Shown here piece by piece: positions 1 through 10,318 of a DNA stretch of 64,000 nt (positions are counted from its first letter, which is position 1; the number at the start of each line of letters is the position of its first letter). The notes beneath the pieces are model-generated. The model was not told the origin of the DNA and ran no database searches. It saw only the letters and a program-made list of their open reading frames with translations. Source of the stretch: Ignavibacteriota bacterium (GTDB lineage Bacteria; Bacteroidota; Ignavibacteria; UBA10030; UBA6906); contig CAWDEM010000004.1 in the NCBI GenBank assembly GCA_963801355.1, forward strand, positions 1,408,001 through 1,472,000, in the 5' to 3' direction. The position numbers were made by a program, and so were the translations under genes.

Positions 1-40
1 CGGGGTTCAACGTATAGCCGTCGAGAATGACAATGCGCAT
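1..40 (-). CDS. D-2-hydroxyacid dehydrogenase (glycerate dehydrogenase-like), N-terminus only, runs off the window edge
   Basis: Reverse strand from ATG at 40 reads [13 protein letters not shown], the typical N-terminus of this family; SD GGAGGT at 47-52. Not in the ORF track. Confidence 0.8.
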   Translation of the reverse strand, partial: MRIVILDGYTLNP

Positions 41-77
41 GAAAGGACCTCCGGTCGGAGAGCGACTGCATGTCCGG

Positions 78-105
78 AAGATACCACGAAATCCCGGAAA
101 GTCAA
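78..105 (-). promoter_or_regulatory. Putative sigma70 promoter for the leftward dehydrogenase
   Basis: TTGACT (105-100), 16 nt, TATCTT (83-78), with an extended -10 TG. Confidence 0.45.
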
Positions 106-162
106 CACGGGAATACCCGGTATGGAATGCCCAGTGGAATGCCCTGTCTTGCACCCTGTGTG

Positions 163-191
163 TTGCACTAGAGCCTCAACGTTCGTATATT
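163..191 (+). promoter_or_regulatory. Putative sigma70 promoter of carB
   Basis: TTGCAC (163-168), 17 nt, TATATT (186-191), ending 29 nt before the TTG start. Confidence 0.5.
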
Positions 192-220
192 TCATTCCGA
201 CCATTACGGAATCCCGCTCG

Positions 221-3200
221 TTGCCCAAACGCACTGACCTCAATTCTATTCTCCTCATCGGGTCCGGCCCAATTGTTATCGGCCAGGCCTGCGAATTCGA
301 TTATTCCGGTACACAAGCCTGCAAGGTCCTTCGCGAAGAGGGCTACCGCGTCATTCTGGTGAACAGCAACCCGGCCACGATCATGACCGATCCGGATATG
401 GCGGATCGCACGTATATCGAGCCCATCACTCCCGAGTTCGTGGAAAAGATCATTGAGCGGGAAAGGCCGGACGCGTTGCTCCCGACAATGGGTGGGCAGA
501 CCGCCCTGAACACTGCTGTCGCGCTGGCGGAAAGCGGCGTTCTGGCGCGCTACAATGTGGAGTTGATCGGTGCGAAACTGGAGGCGATCAGGAAAGCCGA
601 AAACCGGGAGCTCTTCAAGGCCGCGATGGATACTGCCGGACTGGAGACGCCGAAGGGAGGGTTTGTCCGCTCGCTTGAAGAAGCCGCGGAGCTGGTCCAT
701 CTGATTGGATTTCCCGTCATCATCCGGCCCTCATTCACGCTCGGGGGCACAGGTGGCGGTACCGTGTTGAATGCCGCCGAGTTTGAAGAAAAGGTGACCC
801 ACGGTCTTGAAGCCAGTCCCATCCACGAAGTTCTCCTGGAAGAATCGATTATCGGCTGGAAGGAATTCGAGCTTGAGGTGATGCGTGACCTCAAGGATAA
901 TGTGGTTATCATCTGCTCGATTGAGAATTTCGATCCCATGGGAGTTCACACCGGGGATTCCATCACGGTCGCACCCCAGCAGACACTGACCGACAAGGAA
1001 TATCAGGCGATGCGGGATGATGCGCTCAAGATCATCCGGGCGATTGGCGTGGAAACGGGAGGGTCGAATATCCAGTTCGCCGTGAACCCATCGAACGGTC
1101 GCCGCCTTGTGATCGAAATGAACCCCCGCGTTTCGAGATCATCAGCGCTTGCATCGAAGGCCACCGGTTTTGCAATCGCCAAGATTGCGGCCAAGCTCGC
1201 TGTGGGATATACGCTGGATGAGATTCCGAACGACATTACCAGGGTGACCCCGGCGTGTTTTGAACCCACCATCGACTACTGTGTGGTCAAGATCCCGCGC
1301 TGGGATTTCGAGAAGTTCCGCGGCGTGGATGAGGTGCTCGGTGTGCAGATGAAGTCGGTCGGAGAAGTCATGGCCTTCGGACGGACATTCCCGGAGGCGT
1401 TGCAAAAGGCCCTGCGTTCGTTGGAGCAGGGGAGATTTGGTCTGGGAGCGGATGGGAAGGACGTCATCGATGTCGCCACGCTCTCCGAGATGCAGCGTGA
1501 TCCCTGGCTCGCGCACGTGAAGGGATACCTCTCCCGGTCGCGGCCGGACAAGCTGTTCTATCTGCGCTATGCGATGCAGCTGGGGATGACCGACGAAGAG
1601 TTGTACGCGCTCACCGCCATTGATCCGTGGTTCCTGCAGAGTCTCCGTTCGATTCTTCGCGTCGAGGATGAGATCGCCGCAGCACGGTCGCTTGATCGCG
1701 ATCTTCTCTGGAAGGCGAAACGGTACGGGTTTTCCGACCGTCAGATAGCCTTTCTGCGGAAGGCCGACGAAAAGACCGTGCGCGCCGACCGCATTGCGAA
1801 GAAGGTCCTCCCGGTGTACAAGACGGTCGACACCTGCGGTGCCGAGTTCAAAGCCGAGACACCGTACTACTACTCGACGTATGAAGTCGAGAACGAATCG
1901 GAGCGATCGGATCGGAGGAAGGTGATTATCCTGGGGGGCGGCCCGAACCGTATCGGCCAGGGAATCGAATTTGACTACTGTTGCGTTCATGGGGTGATGG
2001 GTCTCGGGGAAGAGGGGTACGAGGCGATCATGGTGAACTGCAACCCTGAAACCGTCTCCACGGACTACGATACCACGGACAAGCTCTATTTCGAGCCGCT
2101 GACGCTCGAGGATGTGCTCAATATCTGCGATCTCGAGAAGCCTGTTGGCGTCATTGTCAGTTTCGGCGGACAGACGCCGCTGAAACTAGCCAAAGCGCTG
2201 GAAGCAAACGGGTACGCGATTCTGGGGACGTCTACTGAGGGTATTGACCTGGCCGAAGACCGGAAGCGGTTTGGAGCGCTTCTGGATGAGTTGAAGATTG
2301 CGTGCCCGGCCTACGGAACGGCTTCCACGATGGACGAAGCGCTTGCGGCCGCCCACCGGATCGGGTACCCTGTGCTTGTGCGTCCGTCATATGTACTCGG
2401 CGGACGGGCGATGGAAATCTGCTACAACGACGAAGGCCTCCAGGAGTACATGGGGAAGGCGGTGCATGTTTCACCCGAACATCCCATCCTGATTGATTGT
2501 TTCCTGGAAGACGCGTATGAATTCGATGTCGATGCGCTGTGCGACGGCAAGGATGTGTTCATCGGCGGCATTATGCAGCACATCGAGGAGGCGGGAATTC
2601 ATTCGGGCGACAGTGCCTGCGTTCTTCCTCCGTACGCGGTGAATCCTGTGCAACTGCACACGCTGGTGACGTATACCCGTCAACTGGCGCTGGGCGTACG
2701 GACGGTCGGACTTGTCAATATTCAATACGCCATGCAGAAGGGGGTGGTCTACGTACTGGAGGTGAACCCCCGGGCATCACGCACGACACCCTTCGTGAGC
2801 AAGGCGACGGGCATTCCGCTTGCAAAAATTGCGGCGAAGCTGAAAGTCGGACGGACGCTTGCAGAACTGGGCATCCATGGATACCCGTGGGCCAAGCATG
2901 TGTCCATCAAAGAGTCCGTCTTCCCGTTTCCGAAATTCCCTCAGGCGCGGCACTTCCTCGGCCCGGAAATGCGTTCGACGGGCGAGGTGATGGGGATTTC
3001 CGGCAGCTTCGGGGTGTCGTTCGCCAAGGCGTCCATGGCGGCCGGCACGAATCTCCCTGTGGCGGGAACGCTCTTCGTCAGCGTGAATGACAACGACAAG
3101 CAGATGAGGACGATCAACATTGTCCGCGCATATCTCCGTCTCGGATTCAACGTGATCGCGACGGAGGGAACATCCGCATTCCTCACCACGAACGGGATCC

Positions 3201-3547
3201 GCAACCGGCCGGTCCTGAAGGCCAGCGAAGGAACACTGAACATCATCGATATCATCAAGAATGGGTGGGTGCAGCTCATTATCAACACTCCGCTGGGTCA
3301 GGTGTCACGTCAGGACGAGCATGCGATCGGCCGGACGGCCTACGAGTACAGGGTGCCCTTCCTCACCACCCTCTCCGCGGCTGCCTCTGCAGCAAAGAGC
3401 ATTGAACAGTTGAAGAAGCAGGAGATGGAAGTGCGCACTATCCAGGAGTTCCATGAACTGGCCCGCCAGGGTGGTTCCGCCGCCCGTCTGGAGACCCTTG
3501 ACGATTGCACGCGGTTGGTTGAGTACATCAAATCCTTCCAGCTCTGA
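221..3547 (+). CDS. carB: Carbamoyl-phosphate synthase large subunit
   Basis: TTG at 221 gives (M)[29 protein letters not shown]; two ATP-grasp halves ([27 protein letters not shown]) and a C-terminal MGS domain. Confidence 0.98.
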   Translation: MPKRTDLNSILLIGSGPIVIGQACEFDYSGTQACKVLREEGYRVILVNSNPATIMTDPDMADRTYIEPITPEFVEKIIERERPDALLPTMGGQTALNTAVALAESGVLARYNVELIGAKLEAIRKAENRELFKAAMDTAGLETPKGGFVRSLEEAAELVHLIGFPVIIRPSFTLGGTGGGTVLNAAEFEEKVTHGLEASPIHEVLLEESIIGWKEFELEVMRDLKDNVVIICSIENFDPMGVHTGDSITVAPQQTLTDKEYQAMRDDALKIIRAIGVETGGSNIQFAVNPSNGRRLVIEMNPRVSRSSALASKATGFAIAKIAAKLAVGYTLDEIPNDITRVTPACFEPTIDYCVVKIPRWDFEKFRGVDEVLGVQMKSVGEVMAFGRTFPEALQKALRSLEQGRFGLGADGKDVIDVATLSEMQRDPWLAHVKGYLSRSRPDKLFYLRYAMQLGMTDEELYALTAIDPWFLQSLRSILRVEDEIAAARSLDRDLLWKAKRYGFSDRQIAFLRKADEKTVRADRIAKKVLPVYKTVDTCGAEFKAETPYYYSTYEVENESERSDRRKVIILGGGPNRIGQGIEFDYCCVHGVMGLGEEGYEAIMVNCNPETVSTDYDTTDKLYFEPLTLEDVLNICDLEKPVGVIVSFGGQTPLKLAKALEANGYAILGTSTEGIDLAEDRKRFGALLDELKIACPAYGTASTMDEALAAAHRIGYPVLVRPSYVLGGRAMEICYNDEGLQEYMGKAVHVSPEHPILIDCFLEDAYEFDVDALCDGKDVFIGGIMQHIEEAGIHSGDSACVLPPYAVNPVQLHTLVTYTRQLALGVRTVGLVNIQYAMQKGVVYVLEVNPRASRTTPFVSKATGIPLAKIAAKLKVGRTLAELGIHGYPWAKHVSIKESVFPFPKFPQARHFLGPEMRSTGEVMGISGSFGVSFAKASMAAGTNLPVAGTLFVSVNDNDKQMRTINIVRAYLRLGFNVIATEGTSAFLTTNGIRNRPVLKASEGTLNIIDIIKNGWVQLIINTPLGQVSRQDEHAIGRTAYEYRVPFLTTLSAAASAAKSIEQLKKQEMEVRTIQEFHELARQGGSAARLETLDDCTRLVEYIKSFQL

Positions 3548-3555
3548 TTCCCACC

Positions 3556-5388
3556 ATGGCCCGCCAGCCCACCTATATTCTGGGGATTTCCTGCTTCTAC
3601 CATGATGCCGCCGCCGCCCTCGTGCGCGACGGCATTGTGATTGCCGCCGCACAGGAAGAACGCTTTTCCCGCAAGAAGCACGACTTTGGCTTTCCCGCGG
3701 GTGCCATTGACTTCTGCCTCACGCACGGCGGCATCACGGCATCTGATCTCGCCGCCGTAGTGTTCTATGACAAGCCTCTGTTGAAGTTCGAGCGAATACT
3801 CGAAACGTATCTTGCCTATGCACCCCGCGGCCTGCGTTCGTTCCTCATGGCCATGCCGTTGTGGCTCAAAGAAAAGCTCTGGATTCCCTCGTTGATCCGG
3901 GAGGCCCTCGCATACGATGGCCCGTTGCTCTTTACCGAGCACCATGAGGCGCACGCCGCTTCGGCGTTCTTTCCGTCACCCTTCCTCCGCGCTGCCATTC
4001 TCACGATGGATGGCGTCGGCGAGTGGGCGACGACGAGCTATGGAACCGGCGATGGGAACCGTATTACTCTTCTCGGCGAACTCCATTTCCCGCATTCGCC
4101 CGGACTTCTGTACTCCGCCTTCACGTACTTCACCGGATTCAAGGTCAATTCAGCGGAATACAAGGTGATGGGGCTTGCGCCCTTCGGCGAGCCAAGGTAC
4201 GTCAACACCATCTATGAACATCTGATCGATCTGAAAGAAGACGGGTCGTTCAAGATGAATATGGAATATTTTGACTATTGCGCAGGCCTCACGATGACCG
4301 GCCCGGGATTCGCGGAGTTGTTCGGGGGACCGCCGCGCCGGCCGGAATCTCCCCTGACGCAGCGCGAGATGGATCTTGCGTGTTCACTGCAGGTCGTGAC
4401 CGAAGAAATCATGCTTCGCATGACCCGGCACGTACACAGGGAGACGGGGGAAAAGAACCTGGTACTTGCAGGAGGTGTTGCGCTCAACTGCGTCGGCAAT
4501 GGCAGGATACTCCGCGAAGGACCGTTCGATGACCTGTGGATCCAGCCGGCGGCAGGAGACGCAGGCGGGGCTCTGGGGGCGGCCCTCTTTGGCTGGTATT
4601 CGTACTGTGACAACCCGCGCACGGCGCCGGGGGGCAAGGACGCCCAACAGGGGTCGTTCCTCGGACCGGAGTTCAGCGATGGTGAGATTGAAGAGACTCT
4701 CAAGACATTCCGCGCGGTGTACCGGCGGGTTGACCGGCAGACACTGCCCGCACACGTTGCGGCATTGATTGCATCGGAGAAGGTGATCGGATGGTTCCAG
4801 GGACGGATGGAATTCGGGCCGAGGGCACTCGGTGCACGCAGCATTATTGGTGACGCCCGTTCGCCGGCGATGCAGTCGGTGATGAACCTGAAAATCAAAT
4901 TCCGGGAATCGTTCCGTCCGTTTGCACCGGCGGTGCTTGCGGAGAAGGCGTCAACATGCTTTGCACTGGATCATGCGAGCCCCTACATGCTGCTGGTCGC
5001 GCCCGTACGCGATGAATTGCAGATACGCATGTCCGGGGAACAGGAGCGCTTGTTCGGGATTGACAAACTGCATGTTGCGCGGTCCACGATACCTGCAGTC
5101 ACGCACGTCGACTACTCCGCCCGGATTCAGACGGTGGCACGGGAGGATCATCCACTCTATTATGACATGATCAAAGCCTTTGAGGAGCGCACCGGATGCC
5201 CGGTGATCATCAACACGTCGTTCAATGTCCGCGGCGAACCGATCGTGTGCCGGCCGGAGGAAGCATACCGTTGCTTCATGCGCACGGAGATGGATTACCT
5301 CGTGATCGGGAGCTTTGTGTTGAACAAAGCAGAACAGCCGTCACTGGAGGAAGAGGGTGACTGGAAGAAGGAGTTCACGCTTGATTGA
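3556..5388 (+). CDS. O-carbamoyltransferase, NodU/CmcH/SxtI family
   Basis: ILGISCFYHDAAAAL, EHHEAHAASAF, EYKVMGLAP, GRMEFGPRALGARSI, KFRESFRPFAP, NTSFNVRGEPIV. Confidence 0.95.
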   Translation: MARQPTYILGISCFYHDAAAALVRDGIVIAAAQEERFSRKKHDFGFPAGAIDFCLTHGGITASDLAAVVFYDKPLLKFERILETYLAYAPRGLRSFLMAMPLWLKEKLWIPSLIREALAYDGPLLFTEHHEAHAASAFFPSPFLRAAILTMDGVGEWATTSYGTGDGNRITLLGELHFPHSPGLLYSAFTYFTGFKVNSAEYKVMGLAPFGEPRYVNTIYEHLIDLKEDGSFKMNMEYFDYCAGLTMTGPGFAELFGGPPRRPESPLTQREMDLACSLQVVTEEIMLRMTRHVHRETGEKNLVLAGGVALNCVGNGRILREGPFDDLWIQPAAGDAGGALGAALFGWYSYCDNPRTAPGGKDAQQGSFLGPEFSDGEIEETLKTFRAVYRRVDRQTLPAHVAALIASEKVIGWFQGRMEFGPRALGARSIIGDARSPAMQSVMNLKIKFRESFRPFAPAVLAEKASTCFALDHASPYMLLVAPVRDELQIRMSGEQERLFGIDKLHVARSTIPAVTHVDYSARIQTVAREDHPLYYDMIKAFEERTGCPVIINTSFNVRGEPIVCRPEEAYRCFMRTEMDYLVIGSFVLNKAEQPSLEEEGDWKKEFTLD

Positions 5389-5785
5389 GAAGCCCAAAGC
5401 AGGACGTGGAGAAATCCGCAGATTCGGGATCCTATTCGCGGTCCTGAGTGCCCTGGCGGGCGTGTTCATGCTCTGGAAGGGCAGCAGGGAGATGTGGATC
5501 CCCTTCATGCTTGCTGCTGTCTTCCTGTTGACCGGGCTGGTGTTACCCTCGGTGCTCAGGCCGTTCTATGTGGCCTGGATGCGGTTCGCATTCATCCTTG
5601 CATGGATCAATACGCATCTGCTTCTTTCGGTGTTCTACTTCCTGATCCTGACGCCGATCGGTGTTGTCATGCGGCTGCTGGGGAAAGACGTTCTGGGGAA
5701 GAAGATGGATCGTTCAGCGGCAACCTATTGGGTGAAGCGAAACCCCGAGCCCAATGCAAAAGAAAGTTACCGGCACCTCTTCTGA
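5381..5785 (+). CDS. SxtJ-family membrane protein
   Basis: EIRRFG, hydrophobic helices, WMRFAFILAWINT...FYFLILTPIG...TYW; start (TTG at 5381, overlapping the upstream stop) is approximate. Confidence 0.8.
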   Translation: MIEKPKAGRGEIRRFGILFAVLSALAGVFMLWKGSREMWIPFMLAAVFLLTGLVLPSVLRPFYVAWMRFAFILAWINTHLLLSVFYFLILTPIGVVMRLLGKDVLGKKMDRSAATYWVKRNPEPNAKESYRHLF

Positions 5786-5794
5786 AGAGGCATC

Positions 5795-5968
5795 ATGAAA
5801 AAACATTCGACTTCCCGTCTCTCCATTCTTGCGGAACTCTGGGCATTCATGAAGGTGCGCAAGAAGTGGTGGCTGGGACCTATTCTCGTGATGTTGCTGT
5901 TGCTCAGCCTGCTCATCGTGTTAACGCAGGGATCGGCACTGGCGCCGTTCATTTACACGCTGTTCTAA
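5795..5968 (+). CDS. SxtK-like (DUF5989) small membrane protein, 57 aa
   Basis: MKKHSTSRLSILAELWAFMKVRKKWWLGPILVMLLLLSLLIVLTQGSALAPFIYTLF; the RKKWWL.P and APFIYTLF signature; GAGG SD. Below the ORF-track cut-off. Confidence 0.88.
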   Translation: MKKHSTSRLSILAELWAFMKVRKKWWLGPILVMLLLLSLLIVLTQGSALAPFIYTLF

Positions 5969-6749
5969 GAAATTGCAGAAGATGCGTGTTCGCCTCATCC
6001 GGGTTTTCCAGCGGGCTCATGTGAGCCGCATCCGGAATAATGTGCAGCACGGAACCTGGAATCCGCTCGTGCATTGCGCGTGAAGCTTCGGGAGGCGTGA
6101 TAAGATCCTGCATTCCCACCATGATCAACGTGGGGATGGCGATCGAACCAAGTGACGCCGTGGTGTCTGTGCGTGCAGCGAGCGCCAGCAGCGTGGCGGC
6201 GATGGCCCGGGGAGGCGTCCGGGCCATGATCTCCCGGACCATCGCGACGTCCGCAGGAATGCGGCGGAACGATTCCGGGGCGAAAATCTTTTTCTCGAAA
6301 TCTGCAGCAAACGCCGGCGCACCGCGCAGTGTGACGTCAGCCATAGCCTTTGCGCGGCTCAAGCGTCCTTCGTTGGTGTCGGCCTCACTCCGGGTGTCGC
6401 AGAGGACTGCGGCGACAAACCGGCCGGGGTCGCGTTCGAGTGCCCGCAGGACAATATAGCCTCCCATCGACAATCCGACGATCGCCGCTTGCGCTATTTG
6501 GAGGCTGTCCATGAGGGAAATGAGATCATCCACGTGACGTTCAACAGTGATCAGTCCGTCGCCCGCGGAACTCTCCCCGAGCCCGCGTACGTCATAGGCG
6601 ATGCAACGGAATTCTTTTGCGACCAAGGGCAATTGATGGTGCCACATGGCATGGCTGAACGGGAAACCGTGCACGAAAATGACAGGCTGTGCCGAAGGGT
6701 TTCCCGATTCCAGCACATTGATGAGGGCATTGTTGAGGGCCAGTTTCAT
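5949..6749 (-). CDS. Alpha/beta hydrolase (enol-lactonase-like)
   Basis: HGFP oxyanion loop, GLSMGG nucleophile elbow, DLITP and AAHMSPLE. Confidence 0.9.
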   Translation of the reverse strand: MKLALNNALINVLESGNPSAQPVIFVHGFPFSHAMWHHQLPLVAKEFRCIAYDVRGLGESSAGDGLITVERHVDDLISLMDSLQIAQAAIVGLSMGGYIVLRALERDPGRFVAAVLCDTRSEADTNEGRLSRAKAMADVTLRGAPAFAADFEKKIFAPESFRRIPADVAMVREIMARTPPRAIAATLLALAARTDTTASLGSIAIPTLIMVGMQDLITPPEASRAMHERIPGSVLHIIPDAAHMSPLENPDEANTHLLQFLRTACK

Positions 6750-6902
6750 CCGTGCGTTCCTCCTGTGAGAGCGTCGTTGTGCGTAAAGTAGTGATTTTTA
6801 CGGCGGGAATCCCGTAGCTCCGCCCTCGTGGTTCCGCCGATCGCCGGCTTGAAAGTCCTGCGATTGAATGGTATCTTCTACAGTCAACAAAGGATCCGTG
6901 AA

Positions 6903-8288
6903 ATGAATTCCGTTCTCGACTACATCGACGGTAATACTGACCGCTACATACGGGAGCTGGGGGACCTCCTTGCCATCCCCAGCGTGAGCACAGATCCCGG
7001 CTGCTTCCCGGACATCAAGCGGTGCTCGGAGTGGTTGGCCGATCACATGCGGGGGATCGGTCTGCTCAACGTACAGATCATGCCGACACCCGGACATCCG
7101 GTTGTCTATGCCGAGTGGTTGGGGGCACCGGGCAAGCCGACGGTTCTGATTTACGGTCACTATGACGTACAGCCTCCCGAACCGCTCGAACTCTGGACGT
7201 CGCCACCCTTCCAGGCGACGGTCCGCGGAGACGATCTCTTTGCACGGGGATCCTCGGACGACAAGGGGCAGACGTTCATTCACCTGAAGGCCGTTGAGGC
7301 GTACCTCAAGACGCAGGGCGCGTTGCCGGTCAATGTCAAGTTTCTGATCGAGGGTGAGGAAGAAATCGGAAGCGAGCATCTGGAAGGGTTCGTGCGCGAA
7401 CATGCGGCAATGCTCTCCGCGGATGTCGTGCTTGTCTCGGATTCTTCTATGTTCGCGAAGGGCGTCCCATCCATCTGCTACGGACTGCGCGGTCTGGCCT
7501 ACATGCAGATCGACCTGACGGGACCCAGCCGTGACCTCCATTCCGGTTCGTACGGAGGTTCGGTACTCAATCCGATTCAGGCACTCGCAGAAATCATCGC
7601 ACATCTTCATGACAAGAACGGACGTGTAACGGTCAAGGGCTTCTACGACGACGTTCGGAAGCTCTCGCTGAAGGAACGCAAGGCGTACAAGAAGCTGCCC
7701 TGGAGCGACGCCAGATATGCCCGTGACCTGGGCGTGCGGGAGTTGTACGGTGAAAAGGGGTTCACGACACTTGAGCGGCTCTGGGCGCGCCCCACGCTGG
7801 AATGCAATGGCATCTGGGGCGGATTCACCGGGGAAGGTGCCAAAACGGTCCTCCCGTCACGGGCCTCCGCCAAGATATCGATGCGTCTTGTGCCGGATCA
7901 GTCGTCGTCAAAGGCGGCACGCTTGTTCGAACGGCACATCAGAAGGATCGTACCGAAGGGGGTACAGGTGAAGGTGCGGTCGCTTCACGGAGGGGAACCG
8001 GTGATCACCTCCATGGAGAGTCCCGGTGTACGTGCAGCCATTGCCGCACTTAAGCGCGGCTTCGGCAAGAAACCGCTCTACCAGCGGGATGGTGGTTCCA
8101 TTCCCATTGTGGTGCAGTTCAAGAAACTCCTCAAGATCGATACGGTCCTTCTCGGTTTCGGACTTCCCGATGAGAATGCGCACGCCCCCGATGAATTTCT
8201 CCATCTGCCGAATTTCTTCGGCGGCATCCGGACCGTTGCGCACTTTTTTGAGATTCTTCCGGGAATGTCGCGAAAGCCGAAAGCGTGA
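6903..8288 (+). CDS. M20 family dipeptidase
   Basis: YGHYDVQP, ARGSSDDKGQ, EGEEEIGS, DLHSG, GGSIP, NAHAPDE; start placed at ATG 6903. Confidence 0.93.
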   Translation: MNSVLDYIDGNTDRYIRELGDLLAIPSVSTDPGCFPDIKRCSEWLADHMRGIGLLNVQIMPTPGHPVVYAEWLGAPGKPTVLIYGHYDVQPPEPLELWTSPPFQATVRGDDLFARGSSDDKGQTFIHLKAVEAYLKTQGALPVNVKFLIEGEEEIGSEHLEGFVREHAAMLSADVVLVSDSSMFAKGVPSICYGLRGLAYMQIDLTGPSRDLHSGSYGGSVLNPIQALAEIIAHLHDKNGRVTVKGFYDDVRKLSLKERKAYKKLPWSDARYARDLGVRELYGEKGFTTLERLWARPTLECNGIWGGFTGEGAKTVLPSRASAKISMRLVPDQSSSKAARLFERHIRRIVPKGVQVKVRSLHGGEPVITSMESPGVRAAIAALKRGFGKKPLYQRDGGSIPIVVQFKKLLKIDTVLLGFGLPDENAHAPDEFLHLPNFFGGIRTVAHFFEILPGMSRKPKA

Positions 8289-9292
8289 CGACGCGTCGAA
8301 ACAGACTCCGTGTCAATCTCCTTATCCACGTGCATACGGCCGGACTACGCCATGATATCCTGGTGTGGCGGCGGGCCATGCAGGCAAGCGGTGTGGAGGG
8401 GACCATCACCGCGTTCCATCCACGATGGCAGCACCGGGTACTTCGTGCCGTTCGTAAACTCAGAGGTCGGATTTCCTCCCGGCCCCCCTTCGACGTGAAT
8501 ATTTTCGCTGAAGATATCGATGAGAGCTGGTGTTCTCTTGCACGCGTGAATGTGTTCGTTCCTCACCAGGAGTGGACGTTCGATGACCTCCGTGCCAAAG
8601 TTCCCCTGATGGACTATGTGTTCTGCAAGACTCATTATGCTGAACGGCTATTCAGCGCAATCGGTGCGAACGTCCGCTATATCGGCTTCTCCAGTCTTGA
8701 TCGATGTGATCCCGCGGTGAAGAAAGACTACGGCCAATTCCTGCACGTGGCAGGTTCAAGCCATCAGAAGGGAACCAGTACAGTCAACGAAGTCTGGCTG
8801 CGCCATCCCGAGTGGCCGCGGCTTACCCTGTGCGCCTATGACCCACCCGTGGCGCTGGTTCCTGCTTCGAACATCACCACAGTGACCACGTACCTCGAGG
8901 AAACCGCAGTCCGCCGCATGCAAAATGCCATAGGGATCCATCTCTGCCCTTCGGAGACCGAGGGTTTCGGGCACTACATTGTGGAAGCCATGAGCACCGG
9001 CGCGTGCATTGTGACGACCGATGCCCCGCCGATGAACGAGCTCGTCGGGCCGGATCGCGGGGTACTCGCGGGATACGCCCGGACAGAACCACGGGCGATG
9101 GGGACCAACTTCTATGTCGGTCCGGAGGAACTGGAGCGCGCGGTGGATCGCCTTCTCGGGATGGACGAAGCGGCGCGGCGGACCCTCGGTGAAAATGCAA
9201 AAGCGTGGTTCCACACCAACGACCGGGAATTTCTCGCACGGTTCCGCGACACTCTCATGGATGTCGCGACGTCGAAAAGGAAAATACAATGA
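8285..9292 (+). CDS. GT-B glycosyltransferase (family 4-like)
   Basis: CPSETEGFGHYIVEAM (EX7E), TTDAPPMNEL; GTGA overlap with the upstream stop. Confidence 0.85.
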   Translation: MTTRRNRLRVNLLIHVHTAGLRHDILVWRRAMQASGVEGTITAFHPRWQHRVLRAVRKLRGRISSRPPFDVNIFAEDIDESWCSLARVNVFVPHQEWTFDDLRAKVPLMDYVFCKTHYAERLFSAIGANVRYIGFSSLDRCDPAVKKDYGQFLHVAGSSHQKGTSTVNEVWLRHPEWPRLTLCAYDPPVALVPASNITTVTTYLEETAVRRMQNAIGIHLCPSETEGFGHYIVEAMSTGACIVTTDAPPMNELVGPDRGVLAGYARTEPRAMGTNFYVGPEELERAVDRLLGMDEAARRTLGENAKAWFHTNDREFLARFRDTLMDVATSKRKIQ

Positions 9293-10314
9293 AGACACTG
9301 CCGGATGGATTTGCATCGGTAACCCAGCTTGAACAATTCATGTCAACCCCCTCGGAATCTCTCGTTGAGTATGTCAGGGGTCTGGCAGGCGACATTATGA
9401 TCGTAGGTGCCGGCGGCAAAATAGGTCCCACGATGGCGATGATGGCCGCAAGGGCAATAGAGAAAGCCCGCGTGCAGAAGAAGGTATATGCCGTCGATGT
9501 TCAGGCACTGAAATTCCCGGAGGCAAAAGGAATTTCGACTCTGCAGTGTGATTTGCTCGACCGCAAGGCTGTGGACCGGCTCCCTCAAGTCGAAAATATC
9601 GTGTATATGGCAGGCAGGAAGTTCGGTTCAAGCGGCAGCGAATGGCTCACCTGGGCCATTAATGTCATGGTTCCCCACAATGTGGCAGAAGGGTGCAAGA
9701 ATTCCAGGATTGCAGTGTTCTCAACAGGCTGCGTGTATCCGGTGGTGGATGTCTCTACCGGAGGCTCCGTCGAAACAGATGCAACGTGTCCGATTGGCGA
9801 ATATGCGATGAGTTGTCTTGGGAGAGAAAGGATTTTCGACTATTATGCCGCGGAAAAGGGCACAAAAGTGGTCCAGATTCGCCTGAATTACGCCCTTGAA
9901 CTGAGGTACGGAGTCCTGGTCGACATTGCCAGGAAAGTCTATAATGACGAACCGGTTGACGTGACGACAGGGTTCATGAATGGCATATGGCAAGGGGATT
10001 GTTGTGATCAGGTCTTGCGGAGCTTTGATTGTGCAACAAGTCCAAGTTCAAGCCTGAACATCACAGGGCCGGAACTGGTCTCCGTACGATGGATCGCAAC
10101 CAGGTTTGGCCAGCTTTTCGGCAAACCGGCCAGGATCGCAGGCCTTGAAAACGGCAAGGCGTACCTCAGCAATGCCTCAAAGGCAAATTCTCTCTTTGGA
10201 AATCCCTCAGTCCCTATCGGTAAGATCATCGAATGGATTGCCGGCTGGATCCAGCGAGGGGGGGAGAGCCTCGGCAAACCCACCCATTTTGAAACTCAGG
10301 ATGGGAAATACTGA
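9289..10314 (+). CDS. NAD-dependent epimerase/dehydratase family protein
   Basis: GAGGKIGP Rossmann motif, MAGRKFG, FSTGCVY, GEYAMSCLGRER; ATGA overlap at 9289. Confidence 0.88.
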   Translation: MKTLPDGFASVTQLEQFMSTPSESLVEYVRGLAGDIMIVGAGGKIGPTMAMMAARAIEKARVQKKVYAVDVQALKFPEAKGISTLQCDLLDRKAVDRLPQVENIVYMAGRKFGSSGSEWLTWAINVMVPHNVAEGCKNSRIAVFSTGCVYPVVDVSTGGSVETDATCPIGEYAMSCLGRERIFDYYAAEKGTKVVQIRLNYALELRYGVLVDIARKVYNDEPVDVTTGFMNGIWQGDCCDQVLRSFDCATSPSSSLNITGPELVSVRWIATRFGQLFGKPARIAGLENGKAYLSNASKANSLFGNPSVPIGKIIEWIAGWIQRGGESLGKPTHFETQDGKY

Positions 10315-10318
10315 GGGT

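Noticed and set aside
122-220. ORF-track N-terminal extension of carB
   Set aside because: It covers the promoter; the conserved CarB start is the TTG at 221. Similar over-extensions were trimmed for several other genes.
3556-5968. Saxitoxin biosynthesis cluster
   Set aside because: Only I/J/K-like genes are present; no SxtA-like PKS, amidinotransferase or other core genes are in the window.
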